DNA from: Chrysomallon squamiferum
Taxonomy: Eukaryota > Animalia > Mollusca
Direction: 5' to 3'
Length of the DNA stretch: 64,000 bases
Assembly (NCBI GenBank): GCA_012295275.1
Contig: CM022670.1
Coordinates: forward strand, 21,328,001 to 21,392,000
The position numbers and the translations under genes are program-made. Below are positions 30,325 through 43,000 of this stretch, piece after piece. Position 1 is the first letter of the stretch, and the number at the start of each line of letters is the position of its first letter. The notes below the pieces were generated by a model. The model searched no databases. It saw nothing but the letters and a program-made list of their open reading frames with translations, and was not told the origin of the DNA.

Positions 30325-31810
30325 GAATACCAAAACAAACGTCATCAGCCTAACATTAGATTTTTGTTTTTTCAATTAAAATATTTCATTGTTCTTTGAT
30401 GTGGGTTTGTTTTCATCGATGCGGTGCCTGCTTGCAGATTTTATTATTATTGTTTATCTTCTTCTTTTTTTTTTTTTTAAAGCAATACCATTTCAATTAA
30501 TAGTAAGGCAAAGACAGCTGCAATTGACTTATTGTATACATATAGTTAACTAATATTCGCCAGAGAAAAATTACTGTTAATTGTACAACTGTTTACTTTA
30601 TACTCAAATAATTGCTGACACCTTTTTTTCTTTTTTTTTTTTGTTGTTGTGGTGTTTTTAAAAAAAAAAAAAAAAAAATATTTTTCCTTTTATTTTATTA
30701 TTTATTTATTTTTTTCGAGATTTTGTTGAGTTTCTTTTTCTTTTCTTTTTTTAATTAATTGTTTAATCCTTACCTGTTCTGTTTTTATATATTAACGATA
30801 TTACACTAACTATAAAATATAATTAACACTAGTCTTCAAAATAGTTTTCACCTTCAGCATAATATGTTATATATGATGTTTGTAATAGTTTTGCCGATGG
30901 CATGTCGTTTCCAGTTTATTCTTTGTTCAGGTGATTATTTTAGTAATACTGATTTTATGTAAGTATATCAACAGATCTAATTTTTTAGCAACTCTTTTGT
31001 AATGTACAAGTAGTTTAATGCATATCAATGTATGTATTAAAGTAGAAAATATATGTCTATTTTTGAAACGTGTTTATTTTCATATATGCATTACATGTGC
31101 TTGTTTTACACTAATAGTTGAAACCGAATATAAACTTAATATGATATCAAGGGATTTTTTATGTTAAGTTCTCATAATATGGCCTTTGATAAACTTTAGT
31201 TGTGGGTGTCAGGAAAAAGACTCGCCATTAAGACACGAGGGATATTTTGCTTGAGGTTATTAATGTATGCTAATAGTAAAGTGTGACAGTAGAATAGTAC
31301 AACGCAAATAAAGAACCAAGATCCAATATGTTCTTGTTTATCCAAAATTCCTCCACTGTTTTGCCAGAAGTTTATAGGGCGTTTGGTACCCTGTCCCCCT
31401 GAGTTGTACGCACATGAACATTTCAATACTTTCTGTGACTTCCGTACTTTGGCTATGAAACAGCATGGAATATTTATTTAGAAGAATAACAAAACGAATT
31501 ATAATAATAATAAAATACATGAAATTTATAAACAAGGAGAAACTGAAATTAACTCTTTTCTTTTGTTGTTATTTCGAATTAAAATGATTCGGAGCCGTTT
31601 TATAGGGTCGGGCGAAGATGATTACCATTCTTTGAGTGGACTTCTGTACAAAATTAATAGTTTTAACTTTTTTCCATCCGCCTTTACAGAATTTTGGTCG
31701 CATATCTGCAGGAGTACGCCTACACAGTTTGAGTACCTCTGCTCTGAACAAAGTACAATTTGCATTAAAACGAATACGAAGAACAAAATAAAAAATTAAT
31801 AATAATAATA
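29270..31810. repeat. Segmental duplication block X, copy 1 (homologous to about 42820-46430)
   Basis: Near-identical stretches, e.g. 29790-30060 vs 43258-43527 and 30990-31800 vs 45610-46430. The ORF-track entries 31196/45819 and 31338/45961 are near-identical pairs. Confidence 0.93.
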
Positions 31811-31871
31811 AAAAATGTTAAATAGATCAGTCAGCGATGAATACAGAAGTCTGAGAGCAAAGAAACAAATA

Positions 31872-31921
<50 letters not shown>

Positions 31922-32093
31922 ACAAAGAAAATACATGAAAAGGAAAACAAAATATCTGCATTTACTTTGTATTATATTTTGTTGTTTGCAAATGAGTAAA
32001 TTTGGCTTCGTTTACTAATTACATAAAAACAGTGTAGCTTTAATTATACCTAAAGACCTATAAAAAAAAAAAAAATCTTACTTTTACTGGAAT

Positions 32094-32130
<37 letters not shown>

Positions 32131-33123
32131 ATTTAAGTTAATTTATTAGCCTCTGTATATTATATATGTTTTAGTCAACATTCTTGGCCAGAATTCTAAA
32201 TTAGTTTTACTTTATATCACTAGTTCCACAAGGTGAATTCAAGGTCAAAGTCATTTAATACATTCCGTTCGACATAAAAAATAATTGAAGATTTAAAATC
32301 CTTGACCAGTTTCATTTCCAGTGATACCATGTTTATTCAGTTTGATTCATATTTTTCCGAAAAGCAAGTCTAAAGATCATAGAATATATATTCTTTTATA
32401 TTTTCACAAATTTAAAATCCATTTGGTGTCAATGACCTACAACAACAAACAAACTTTCACACACAGGCACACTCACACACATACACTCGTACAAATATAT
32501 ATTTTATATCCTACTTTAATATAATAAGAAAATCAATCAAAAACGTTTATTATACAGGCATTCTGTCTTTAATATTATTTTTTTTATTTTTTTATTTTTT
32601 CAATTGTAACACCATTCTGATGCACCGTATAACCGTATAGTAAGGCGTTGTGGGTGTTTAATTGAAGAAACTGCATTCTTGGTAAATAGTTCATACGGAC
32701 AGTTAGTTTTATAAATGAAGAAGTTCGTACATTTCCGATGTTCACGGTATGTTCCGACGATAACGTAGCCTCGGTTTCAATATCTCGGTGAATATTTATT
32801 GGTGAATATTTCATACGAACAGACGTGCTTCACAACAGCTTCCTCTGATTAGCACGTTAATTTTTTTCCTATCCTATCCTATACGAACAGTTTGATGTTC
32901 TTTTAGATTTCTTTTAAAGGAGTTGCTGAATTTATAGTTTGTCATAAAATGAATCTGAAATAAATAAATAAATAAATAAATAAAGTTATGACTTCGACGC
33001 TCTTAGCTAAAGGTTAGATTTATAAATGAAGAAGTTCGTACCTTTCCGATATTCACGGTAACTTCCGACGATAACGTAGCCTCGGTTTCAATATCGTAAA
33101 TTTATATTTAGCTGCACTGGCAA

Positions 33124-33132
33124 TTCCTGGAA
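33124..33132. promoter_or_regulatory. GAS/STAT-type site TTCCTGGAA
   Basis: Matches TTCNNNGAA about 300 bp upstream of the PARP copy 1 ATG; positionally conserved in copy 2. Confidence 0.55.
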
Positions 33133-33301
33133 ACAATCTGAACTTTATGAAGGATAAAACGATTTATATCCTTCTTAAACCTTATTATTATTTTTAAATT
33201 ACTACTTTATTTTTGTTTGCTTTATCCAGAAATTATATTTACTAATAACTGTTCTTTATTTTAATTTTGTCATACGTGAGTTCGTGACTAATAGTGGTTC
33301 A

Positions 33302-33314
33302 GGAAACTGAAAGT
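33302..33314 (+). promoter_or_regulatory. ISRE/IRF element GGAAACTGAAAGT
   Basis: Matches the GAAANNGAAA(G/C)T consensus about 120 bp upstream of the ATG; conserved in copy 2. Confidence 0.6.
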
Positions 33315-33432
33315 ACAAATTTGCTAGAAACGATGTATATAGCAGAAAAGCTATATTTTGATTGCTTGCGTTTTAAGCTACAGTGAAATGATATTTTCTT
33401 AAACTTTTTTGTCTAAACTGTTCAAATACACA

Positions 33433-36400
33433 ATGGAACGGCAAATACACAAAAGAAAGGTTATAGTTAAGGTAAGAAAAAGAACTAACAATCAATTAAC
33501 TTTAACGTACTATTTTCATACCTTTCACATGGTTACAAAATGTTAACATTCATTTTTAGAATTTTTTGCGGTCAGTAATTGATATGTATATGTTATGAAT
33601 ATTTTTTCCATCTTTACCAGTTTTGTTTTACTTATTATTCTATTATTGTTGAATGGTAAGTCAAATTCTGTAGAACTTTAAATTCTTAACTGTAGGAAGT
33701 GGATTATAAAGTGAATACTTCTGAATATCCAGTAACTGTTAGAAAATTAGTCAGTATGTACTTTTCATCATCATTATATGATTATGATTATTATTATTAT
33801 CATTATTTCTTTTCATATTTCTTTTTTATTTTAATTTTTCTTCTTTCCAGAATATTTCCAGCAAATGCAGTGATTTCACTTTGCAGTACTTCCTAGAAGT
33901 TGTGTTTAACGCTGAAGTTGATAAAATTGAATATTACAAAAATAACAGAGAAACAGCTGTTGTATCCTTCAGTGAAGATATTGAAGGTAGGGAAAAAGGC
34001 ATATAAATAAAAAAATAAAAATCTTAAAAAAACAATTTTAAGTAGAGTAAATATTTTTAATGATTATTTATCTGTGATAAGTGAAAAAATATAGAAAGGT
34101 TGTTCAGGGTTTTGATATTTTGACACTCATAGTTCAGTTTTAATTAGAAAAATATTCAGATATATATTTTGTCTGTATCACTGGATGTTCTATATGTATT
34201 TATATTTGAAAAGTACCTATTAATTATTATTAATTGTAAATTTTAATTTATGCAAAATAATACAAACATGTTAATTCACATTTATTCATTCAGGATTACT
34301 AATTTATTCGTTCTTGAATATTAATTGCTGAAATGTTAACTGAACACTGATTATGTCACAAATTTTAAATTATGAGTAAATCTGCACATTCACTCATGAA
34401 TTTTAATTAAAATATTTAGATTTTAACAAAAGCTGTCAGAGCCCAAAGGCAAAGAAACCTCTTGAAGGGTCTGAGATGCAGTTGTTGCCTGTTCTGCTTG
34501 TGGATGGCATCATACTGGAGAATATACAACCTAATTTCACTGAAGATATGCTGACATTCTACTTTGAAAATAAAAAATCTGGAGGAAGATATGATGGAGT
34601 GAAGAACTGTAGCATCTATAGCAAATTAAAACTGGCTGTTGTTCAGTTTGTTGACAGTGAAAGTAAGTTTTTAACAAACAAACCAATAGCTCCTATCAGT
34701 ATTGTATTTACTATCAGAATCCTTCACTTTTCATGTGAACATGTTAACAGACAGAAAGCTAGATAGATACTGTCATAGTCAACACTTTTTCTTTGCTATA
34801 ATTATCAGAAAAGTTATAAAGAAAGTGAGAAAGCAATTATGTTTTCAAAAAACAAAACATATGATAAAGTTCAGGAAAATCATGGATAAATGAATAAATA
34901 AATAAAACAATGATTTGAATTATTGCATTTAATTTTGAGATGGGCAGATTTGATTTCTTACATCATAATCAAAAATCACATTTGTAGAAAATGAGTATCA
35001 AAGTTGGGCAACACTTTAATAAATGTAATTATTGATCCTTAGTTTTGTCTAGCAAGTGCAATTTATCACATAACCAGCAAATGTCACAGAAGTAAAAGAA
35101 AGTATTTACTTTAAATACATAATTTTTCTACATAGTGTGTGGTGTTTCCAGACGTTGATACTGATCTTCCCACCAAAAAATAGGTAAATAAAGAAAGAAA
35201 TGCTGCATGTTATCACATAATATTTCAGAATTAAGTAGATTTTAAAGTGAATGATAAGAGAAATTGGAAAAATCCCAAAATGGATATTGTTTTGCATGAG
35301 TAAGGGTCTTCCTTCACAACACTGGGATATGCTGTGCAGCTTACCCATAATTATCACATATAATCTCAGTTTTCTTTCCAATTGTAAGTAAAGTCAGACT
35401 GAAACAGACAGCTGTCAAGAGTAGTTGATTTAAAAAAAAAAACTTTTCTTGGCATGCAGCACACAAAATCATTCCTTTATTTCCAAATAAAAGTTTGGTA
35501 GTCTGATTTAGGTTAAACAAATTGTTAAATATTTTAGGTTCAAAGACATAATGCAAAATATTTGAGAGTTATTGTATTTGTTATTTATGTTTTATTTTTC
35601 ATTGTTTTATTTACCAGTTGCTTCCTCGGTGCTGCATATTAACTCCCACACTATAGCTGGAAAATCAATTACGATAAAGCCATTCATAGAAGCATTTCAC
35701 AAGGAAACTCTGGACAAACTTTCTAAAGACAAAGAACGGGCTGTTGATTCAGAAAGTTGTGGCCTGAATGTCTTGGCAATCAAACAAAATGTTGAGCAAG
35801 AGCTGGTAATAAATTCAAATGACGCTGAACTTTTCATACTGATTGGAACAAAGGCTAGATGTTTTCAAAAGTTATATCTGAAAGATATCACAGACCTGAA
35901 AGATGTGATCAGGTAAAGTATATATGTATATATATATATATATATGTTTTACTATCACTTTAAAAATGTTAACTGTTATAACAGTTAGATAACATGAGAT
36001 GCTTTGTGCATGAATACCTGTTGTTGGTTTTGTTTTGGTTTGCATATCTTGAAACTAAAGACTAAGGATTCTTAAGTAGCTCAATTGCACTTTGTTTTGT
36101 TTTCTATATGTTTCACATAAATCTTTGTATCATTATTATTTATTAGTATTAATAGTATTGTAGTAACATATTTGTTATTGCTGTTATTATTTTTTTCTAT
36201 ACATTTTACTAGTATAAGTACAATTTCATTGTTTTTAATCATTATTGATTATTGAAGTTATTGTTGTAATTTATTTATTTATATTTTTATTTAACAGAAG
36301 AAGCAATGGAGAATATAAAGAAATAAAAGCCAATGATGAAGCATACATTATCTCAATTTCTGGAGAACAAACAAAAGTCAGATATGTACTTTCAGAGTTG

Positions 36401-39400
36401 GACAAGTTGGCAAAACAAATCTGGCATGAGACAATAATTTTACATAAAGATGTAGCAAAACCAAAAGGTTATATATTTTAAATTTTATCTTTGAAAAACT
36501 AACTTATTTTAATTATAATAACAAGTGCTTGGAAATGAGTCTTATTTGAGACTTGGTTATCTTTATTGATAAAATAGACATACTCAGTGAATTTTAATCG
36601 AAACGATTTCTAAACGAGATAAATGATTGTAAAGCCATTCATATTTGATGCATACAGGCCTTTCATTTACAAGTAAACAAAAAAAATTCCATGAAAGATT
36701 GATATTATTTTGTTAACTTATTTGATTAATTACACAAATATGTAAATGGTATTTTAGATTTAGAAATTTTGATTAGAGGACTTCAGAGGTCTGATCTAAA
36801 GAAGTTTAAGGCTGCATTTGAAGTTCAACATTCCTGTTGTCTTACAATTCATCTTCCAAACACATCTAGTTACAAGTCAGTCAGAACAACGTAAGTCTAG
36901 TTAATATCTCAGACCTCCTTAACAAATATTTTAATTCTTTATTTTGGAGAGAATAATAGCATCTGATATATCACTTTAGTTTAATATGCTGTCAATATTA
37001 TTTGGATTGTTCACATAGAACAAAAGTGAAGAACTATATTAGACGCTCAGTTTCATGGAAACAGGAATCTGTTGAGGCAGAATCTTCATATATTTATTAT
37101 TTTTACTTTTCTTCCTACATACAGAAGTGTTTAATATAATATATATATTTTGGGGATTTTCAATAGTAATTTCATGGTGTTTCCTGAAGAAGAAGGCTTA
37201 GCAAGTGGAGATAACACATCTATTCAGATTGGGTCAACAACAATACAAGTACTTCAAGGAGATATCACTAAACATAAGGTACAGATTCTGTTTTTTTTGT
37301 ATTAATTTAATGTATACATTTAAAATCTCTAATCATTTACTCAAATTATTCTTTTTATTATTATTATTTATTTGCTCCTCAATAATTTATTCATTTGCTA
37401 AGTTTATTACATCAGGTTACCATGTATTCATTTATTCCCAGTTACTGGTTTTAGTATAGATGGTATTTTTTTAATTAGTTTATTTTTAGTGAATATTCTT
37501 ATTTATAGAGAATAACCTGAATGGAATGTAAACACATGGGAATTAAAGATTTTCTAAATTATTTTCAGGCTTCAGTTCTGGTGAAAGTCATCACTGAGGA
37601 TCATGATCTTAGGAAAACAGCTCTCTCACAAGCATTTCTTCGTTCTGGTGGAGCTTCTCTTAACCAAGTATGTCTGTTCATCTGGCTAACTTCCAATCAG
37701 CAGTACAGAGTTCAGTGACTTGTTTATGAAAGACTGTGGTATGCACTCTACAAAAACATCACCTGTTGCTAAGTGACAAAGTTGGAATAACAGCAGCTAA
37801 TGGAACTGACCTGTGCATGAAAAGTTGGCTAGATCTACGAAAAGTAGCAGGAACAATCTTTTTAATTTTTTATTCCATTCCCCATAAATAATTTATAATA
37901 GCCTGATGTACTCATTTGTCTGTCAGATGCACACAAACAACCACACACTGTTAGTAAGGCAGCTGCTGTTTTTCCACCTTTGTCACTTAGCAGCAGGTGA
38001 TGTTTTTGTAGAGTGCATACCACAGTATTTGATAAACAAGTGATGGATCAATGGTTGGAATGAAAATTGCTTAAATGTTTCCTGAGGAGGGTTGATCATG
38101 CAACCAAGCTTGCTTCCAGATTATGGAAATACAGCAGTTTCCATTGAAATATTCAAGTGTAGGAAACTGATTGCTAATAATTAATAAACTCAAAATAAAA
38201 TTTTATTATTTCGATACTCTTGATTCTCTATAACTTACTGCCAGAAAAACCACTGACTTGAATGCTTATATATATTTGTCAGTAAAATAGTATGTAAATG
38301 ATCCTATCATCACAGATTTAACAAAGTATGCTAGACATAACTAATATTTGTTGTTAAACATATTTTTATCTTTAGCTTTACTTAATATAGACATGTTATT
38401 TTTGTTTAGAGATTATGGTTACAATGCTATTTACCATTTCTAACTTTTAAGAAATCTGTTTTCTCTTAAGCCATTATAGATTTTTTTTAAATTTATATTT
38501 TATTTGTTTAAACATTTATTTCAGGCATTTCAGCAAGTAACATCATATGGTGAAGTGAAAAAGATCTATGTTACTAAAGATTATGATCTGAACTGTGATT
38601 ATGTTTACCATGTTGTAGTAAAGAAATTTGACAATTCAGATGCAGAATCATCAAGACAGGTAGGTCTATTTAAGATGAAGTAGTTTTAAAATCAGTTCCT
38701 GACATGAAATTTTTATCAGAAAAGAAAAACTTTTAACAACACTATTTTTTAAAATAAAATTTTGTCTTCTTTTCACTTTTTCTTTAACTACCACAATTAT
38801 TCATTTATATTTCTGACAGGGATTAATAGCTGCTGTTGAAAACTGCTTTAAATTTGCAGAGACGTACAACATCAAATCTATTGCCCTTCCAGCCATAGGA
38901 ACCGGTGTTTTGTTTAAATTTTCCCCTTCATTTGTGGCAACGTGTCTTGTATCAGCTGCCAAAGATGCAGCTCAGAATTCCACCAGTTTAAAGGTATCAC
39001 CATGTTTAGAGAGGATTTCTTGTCTTTATGGTGCAGACTTAAAAATCTTTGCAGTATTTTACAGCATGCACTTAAAGAAAATGTAGCTGTATTAATATGT
39101 ATGTACATATGAATTGTAATTCTATTATAGATAAATACATAAATAAATAATACTGCTAATCAAAGAATTAATTAATTGATTGATTATTCAGACAATGAAA
39201 TACAGTACAAAAAAGTTAAGGGTCATTCCATGTCAAATCACCCCAAAAACAAACAATTTTACACCCGACCGTCTCAGATTTTTATAAAACTTGGTATACT
39301 TGTTGACTGGGATCCAAATCTGAAATGTTAGCTCAATCAGACCAGTGGTGTGGGAGATATGGCCCACCGAATTTTGAGATTTTTGCCAAAAATGGGTGTG

Positions 39401-40149
39401 ACCACCAACCTTAGAACCCACATATCTCAGGAACTACTGGGCCAATCTTCATAAAATTGGTATTGTTAGAAAGGCAAAATGACAAGGATTCCAAATCTGC
39501 CAAATATTGGAGTACCTTGACCTTTTGACCTTTGCTATGACCTTGAAATTGACCGTGTGGATCACGTGATCTTGAGATGACCTTTATTGAAATTTAATCA
39601 CGCTCTGGGTAGGATTCAGACATTAAGATGTCATTTTAATATTACTGTAACTGATGCTAACATTTGGTGCTGTGGGATGCCAGTCAACAAGTATACCAAG
39701 TTTCATAAAAATTTTAGACGGTCGGGTTTAAACCATTGGGTGATTTGACACAGAATGACACTTAATTAAATGAGTTGTAGATTTTCTTATGTTTTATTAA
39801 CTATTTGCACTTTTGTTAAAATGAAGTACACTTGGATTTCAGAATATATCTTTTGTGATTTCTGATCAAGACATCTACTTCACTTTTGTGAAAGAATTGG
39901 CATCAGCCTTGCCAGAAACATCACAAACCTACTGTGAATCCATATGGAGTCAAGAAGGTATGTTTAATGTAACTAATTACAAATATTATCAACTCATATT
40001 AATCTACATTCAGAAAGTGAGTTTTGACATTGCAAATTACAATTATATGCAAAAAAGTAGATCAAACAGACAAACAATAAACATATATTGACATTATGAA
40101 TACTAATTTAAATTCACTTGTTTCAAATGCATTTTTTATATTTTTATTT

Positions 40150-40208
<59 letters not shown>

Positions 40209-42594
40209 TTTTTATCTGTTGTTTTTTGATGAAAGATCTTTAAATAACAATTCTATTTTAAAATATTTTTCACGCAGAACGCATTCCATCAGAACGAGCT
40301 CAGACATCAAAAATTACCATTGAAGCAAAGACACAAGATACATGCATGAGTGCAAAGAAAGCTCTGATTAAAGATTTGCAGTCATCTTTCTTGCACACAG
40401 AGTTTGTTAAAAATGATGATATCACTAAACTTCCTTCAAGCAGATGTTCACAGCTAGCCAAAATAGCAGATGAAAATGGAGTGTATATTAAATTTCCAGA
40501 TGCAGGTTTGTCACTTATGAATCCTGTTTAAAAGTTGACATCTTTATTTTTGAAGAGAATACAAAAATACCTATCTTCCACAAAACTTTTTATTTTTATT
40601 TTCCTCGATCTTTACTGTAGTTTTTAGTAACCTGTTTGATAGAAAAAATGTGTCAGAAAGATGTATATTTTTATAATTATTTTTATCATCATTCTTATAA
40701 TTTATTATAGTATTAGTTATTTTTCTTGTGTAACTCTTTTTGTTTGAAGATGAAGGTGTATTCAGTATTTTATGAATTATTTTTTATTTTAATATCAGTT
40801 ATTATTTTATAGAAATTTCTTAAATATTGTTTTGGTTTACAGATTTCAGTCTAAGACATAATCATCATTAAATGTCACTTCACTGAAGAAACGTTATTAT
40901 TTACTTGCATTTTCTACTTGTGTTTTCATATATATATATACATCTATATATTTTCTTTTTACACACCGAGACAGACATGCACACACAAACACAGAGATAG
41001 ATGGGTAGACATATGTATGATATTATTTATTATCATTTTAGAAAAAATTAAATCTCACAGGAAGATTCAGTTAAAACTAAAAGGAGAAAAGGATGCTGTG
41101 ACTGCTATCAAAATAAGAGTTCAAGAGATACTGCTGAATGAAATGTCAAAAGAAAGATTAGAAATCACTCGTAAATCTGTAAAGCCTGGTACAGCTGAAT
41201 TTATCAAAATGATGGCAACAACTTCAGATCATAACACTCCAAAATACTGGACATATTTTACACCAGCCACCTTGATATCAAACGGTATAAAAACTTTATT
41301 ATTTAAAACTAACAAAGATTGGAGTCTGGAAAATGTTCCTGCAAAAGACGACATCTACAAAGCTATCAGTGATTTGGTTGTTAAAACATGGAAACAAAAT
41401 CTGGTTGGTTTCGGACAGGATGCAAAGAACTTGAATCCCTTAAATAAATTAAAAATTGTAAAAATCCAGAGACTAGAAAATATTGAACGTTTTAGACGCT
41501 ACTGTCAAAATAGGGCAAGTCTGTTTGTGAAAGCTGCAAAAAAACCAATCACACCTATCAGAAAGCTTCGTGGTTCAAAAGGTGAGGTGGAAACAACAGC
41601 TGCTGTAGCGCCTAGTTTAAGACAAGATATCTATGTGAATGAGGTTAACGAACATTATTTATTTCACGGCACAAAAATGGACACGATCAAAGTGATTTGT
41701 GAAAATGGGCTTGATAGTCGAGTTTCAAACACTATGGCAATGTTTGGTCCTGGTATTTATGCAGCAGAGAGTTCCACAAAGGCTGATCAGTATGCAGGTC
41801 AGATAAACATAAAATAATACATAAATAAATAAGAGACTTAATAAAACAAAAATCTGTTAATAATCAAATTATGTCATACCCTATATTAAAAGGAAAATAT
41901 TTTTAATATGTAAAATCACAACAACAGTAGCAGTAGCAACAACAACAACAACAACAACATACTATTACTACTACTACTACTAATAATAATAATAATAACA
42001 ATAAGAATAATAATCGTTTCAATATTTTTGGAATTATCCTTTTTTTTTTTTTTTTTTTTTTTCCCAACATATTACCTTAACAGGAAGAAAAAAAAGAAAG
42101 AAAAAAAGCAATAAGAAAAAAAGAACGTGTTACCTAAAGAAACAAAAAAAAAATTAATATAAAAAACCAAAAAAACAACAACATGTATCTGTGCAGTTCC
42201 TCAAATTAGAATTTAGTATTAGCTTTAGATCACCATTTCAGATGTTAACAGGTATGAAATGTCAGTCATATTTCACAAATACACCTCTGAGCTATATTCT
42301 GCTATTCTGTTTTTTACAGATGACAAGTATAACCGACAACCCAATGGAACTGACCTGTGCATGATTCTCCTAAGAATGGCCCTTGGAGAACCATTTTTGA
42401 CCAATAACACAAATTCACCCAAGTATCGTCTGCCACCATGTAAAGGAAGTGGATGTCACAAAGAAGGCTGCAGAGCTCATTCAGAGACATTTGATTCAGT
42501 TATAGGAGAAGGACGGTGGCTTTTCAGAGACTTTGTTGTTTATGAACGAGACTTAGTGTACCCTGAATATTTTATCACATATCAACGTGTATAG
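33433..42594 (+). CDS. Macrodomain PARP copy 1 (PARP14/PARP9-like N-terminus; RRM-RRM-KH-like-macro-KH-like-ADP-ribosyltransferase), about 969 aa
   Basis: Exons 33433-33471, 33851-33986, 34420-34662, 35618-35912, 36298-36467, 36758-36890, 37167-37278, 37569-37667, 38525-38659, 38820-38993, 39843-39957, 40278-40505, 41042-41797, 42320-42594 (2910 nt, open frame). Motifs: LTFYFENKKSGG (PARP14/PARP10-type RRM); QGDITK and SIALPAIGTG (macro); NEHYLFHGT, FGPGIYAAESSTKADQY and YPEYFITY (ART). The KH-like assignments are positional inference. Confidence 0.9.
37718..38041. repeat. Intronic inverted repeat (about 80-bp arms 37718-37798 and 37961-38041); foldback/MITE-like
   Basis: actgtggtatgcactctacaaaaacatcacctg.tgctaagtgacaaag is matched by its reverse complement at about 37975-38026. 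No clear TSD. Confidence 0.85.
39220..39761. mobile_element. Non-autonomous DNA transposon (MITE) with about 100-bp TIRs and TTAA TSD; Kolobok-like
   Basis: TTAA at 39216-39219 and 39762-39765. The left end gggtcattccatgtcaaatcaccc...aaacttggtatacttgttgactgg is the reverse complement of the right end. Purine 5' termini fit Kolobok better than piggyBac (CCY). Internal TGACCTT repeats. Confidence 0.8.
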
Positions 42595-42819
42595 GTCATA
42601 CATGTTATGCACCGATACAAATTTGTAAAATTTCCTTTATTTCTTGATTATATTTTAGGATTTATTATTATTTTGTAGTTAAATATATTTAAATAGAATA
42701 TTGCATATACTTTGCTTTGGGGATAAGTAAGTGTAACGTTTTTGAAAACAATCATTACAATATGTTTCTAAAGTTTTGTTTCATTCTTTTAAATTGTTAA
42801 AATTTTATACTTCTTTTTT

Positions 42820-42962
42820 TCCAAAAGGTAGTGCTTGATATCATTATTATTATTTTTCTAACTCTCTACTATATATTTCTTCTATGATATCATAAAACAT
42901 AATATTTAAATTATTTTAATTTCTGTCTCTCTTTCTATGTTATAATAATAATAATAATAATA

Positions 42963-43000
<38 letters not shown>

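Larger units (their letters stand above)
31812..33355. repeat. Upstream/promoter block of PARP copy 1 (homologous to about 55768-57135)
   Basis: aaatagatca.tcagcgatgaa at about 31820 and 55776; ataattgaagatttaaaatccttga at 32281 and 55874; colinear homology continues to the ISRE. Confidence 0.88.

Noticed and set aside
31196-31535. ORFs apparently conserved at 31196/45819 and 31338/45961
   Set aside because: The similarity is explained by the recent segmental duplication of non-coding block X; they have non-ATG starts and no coding signal.
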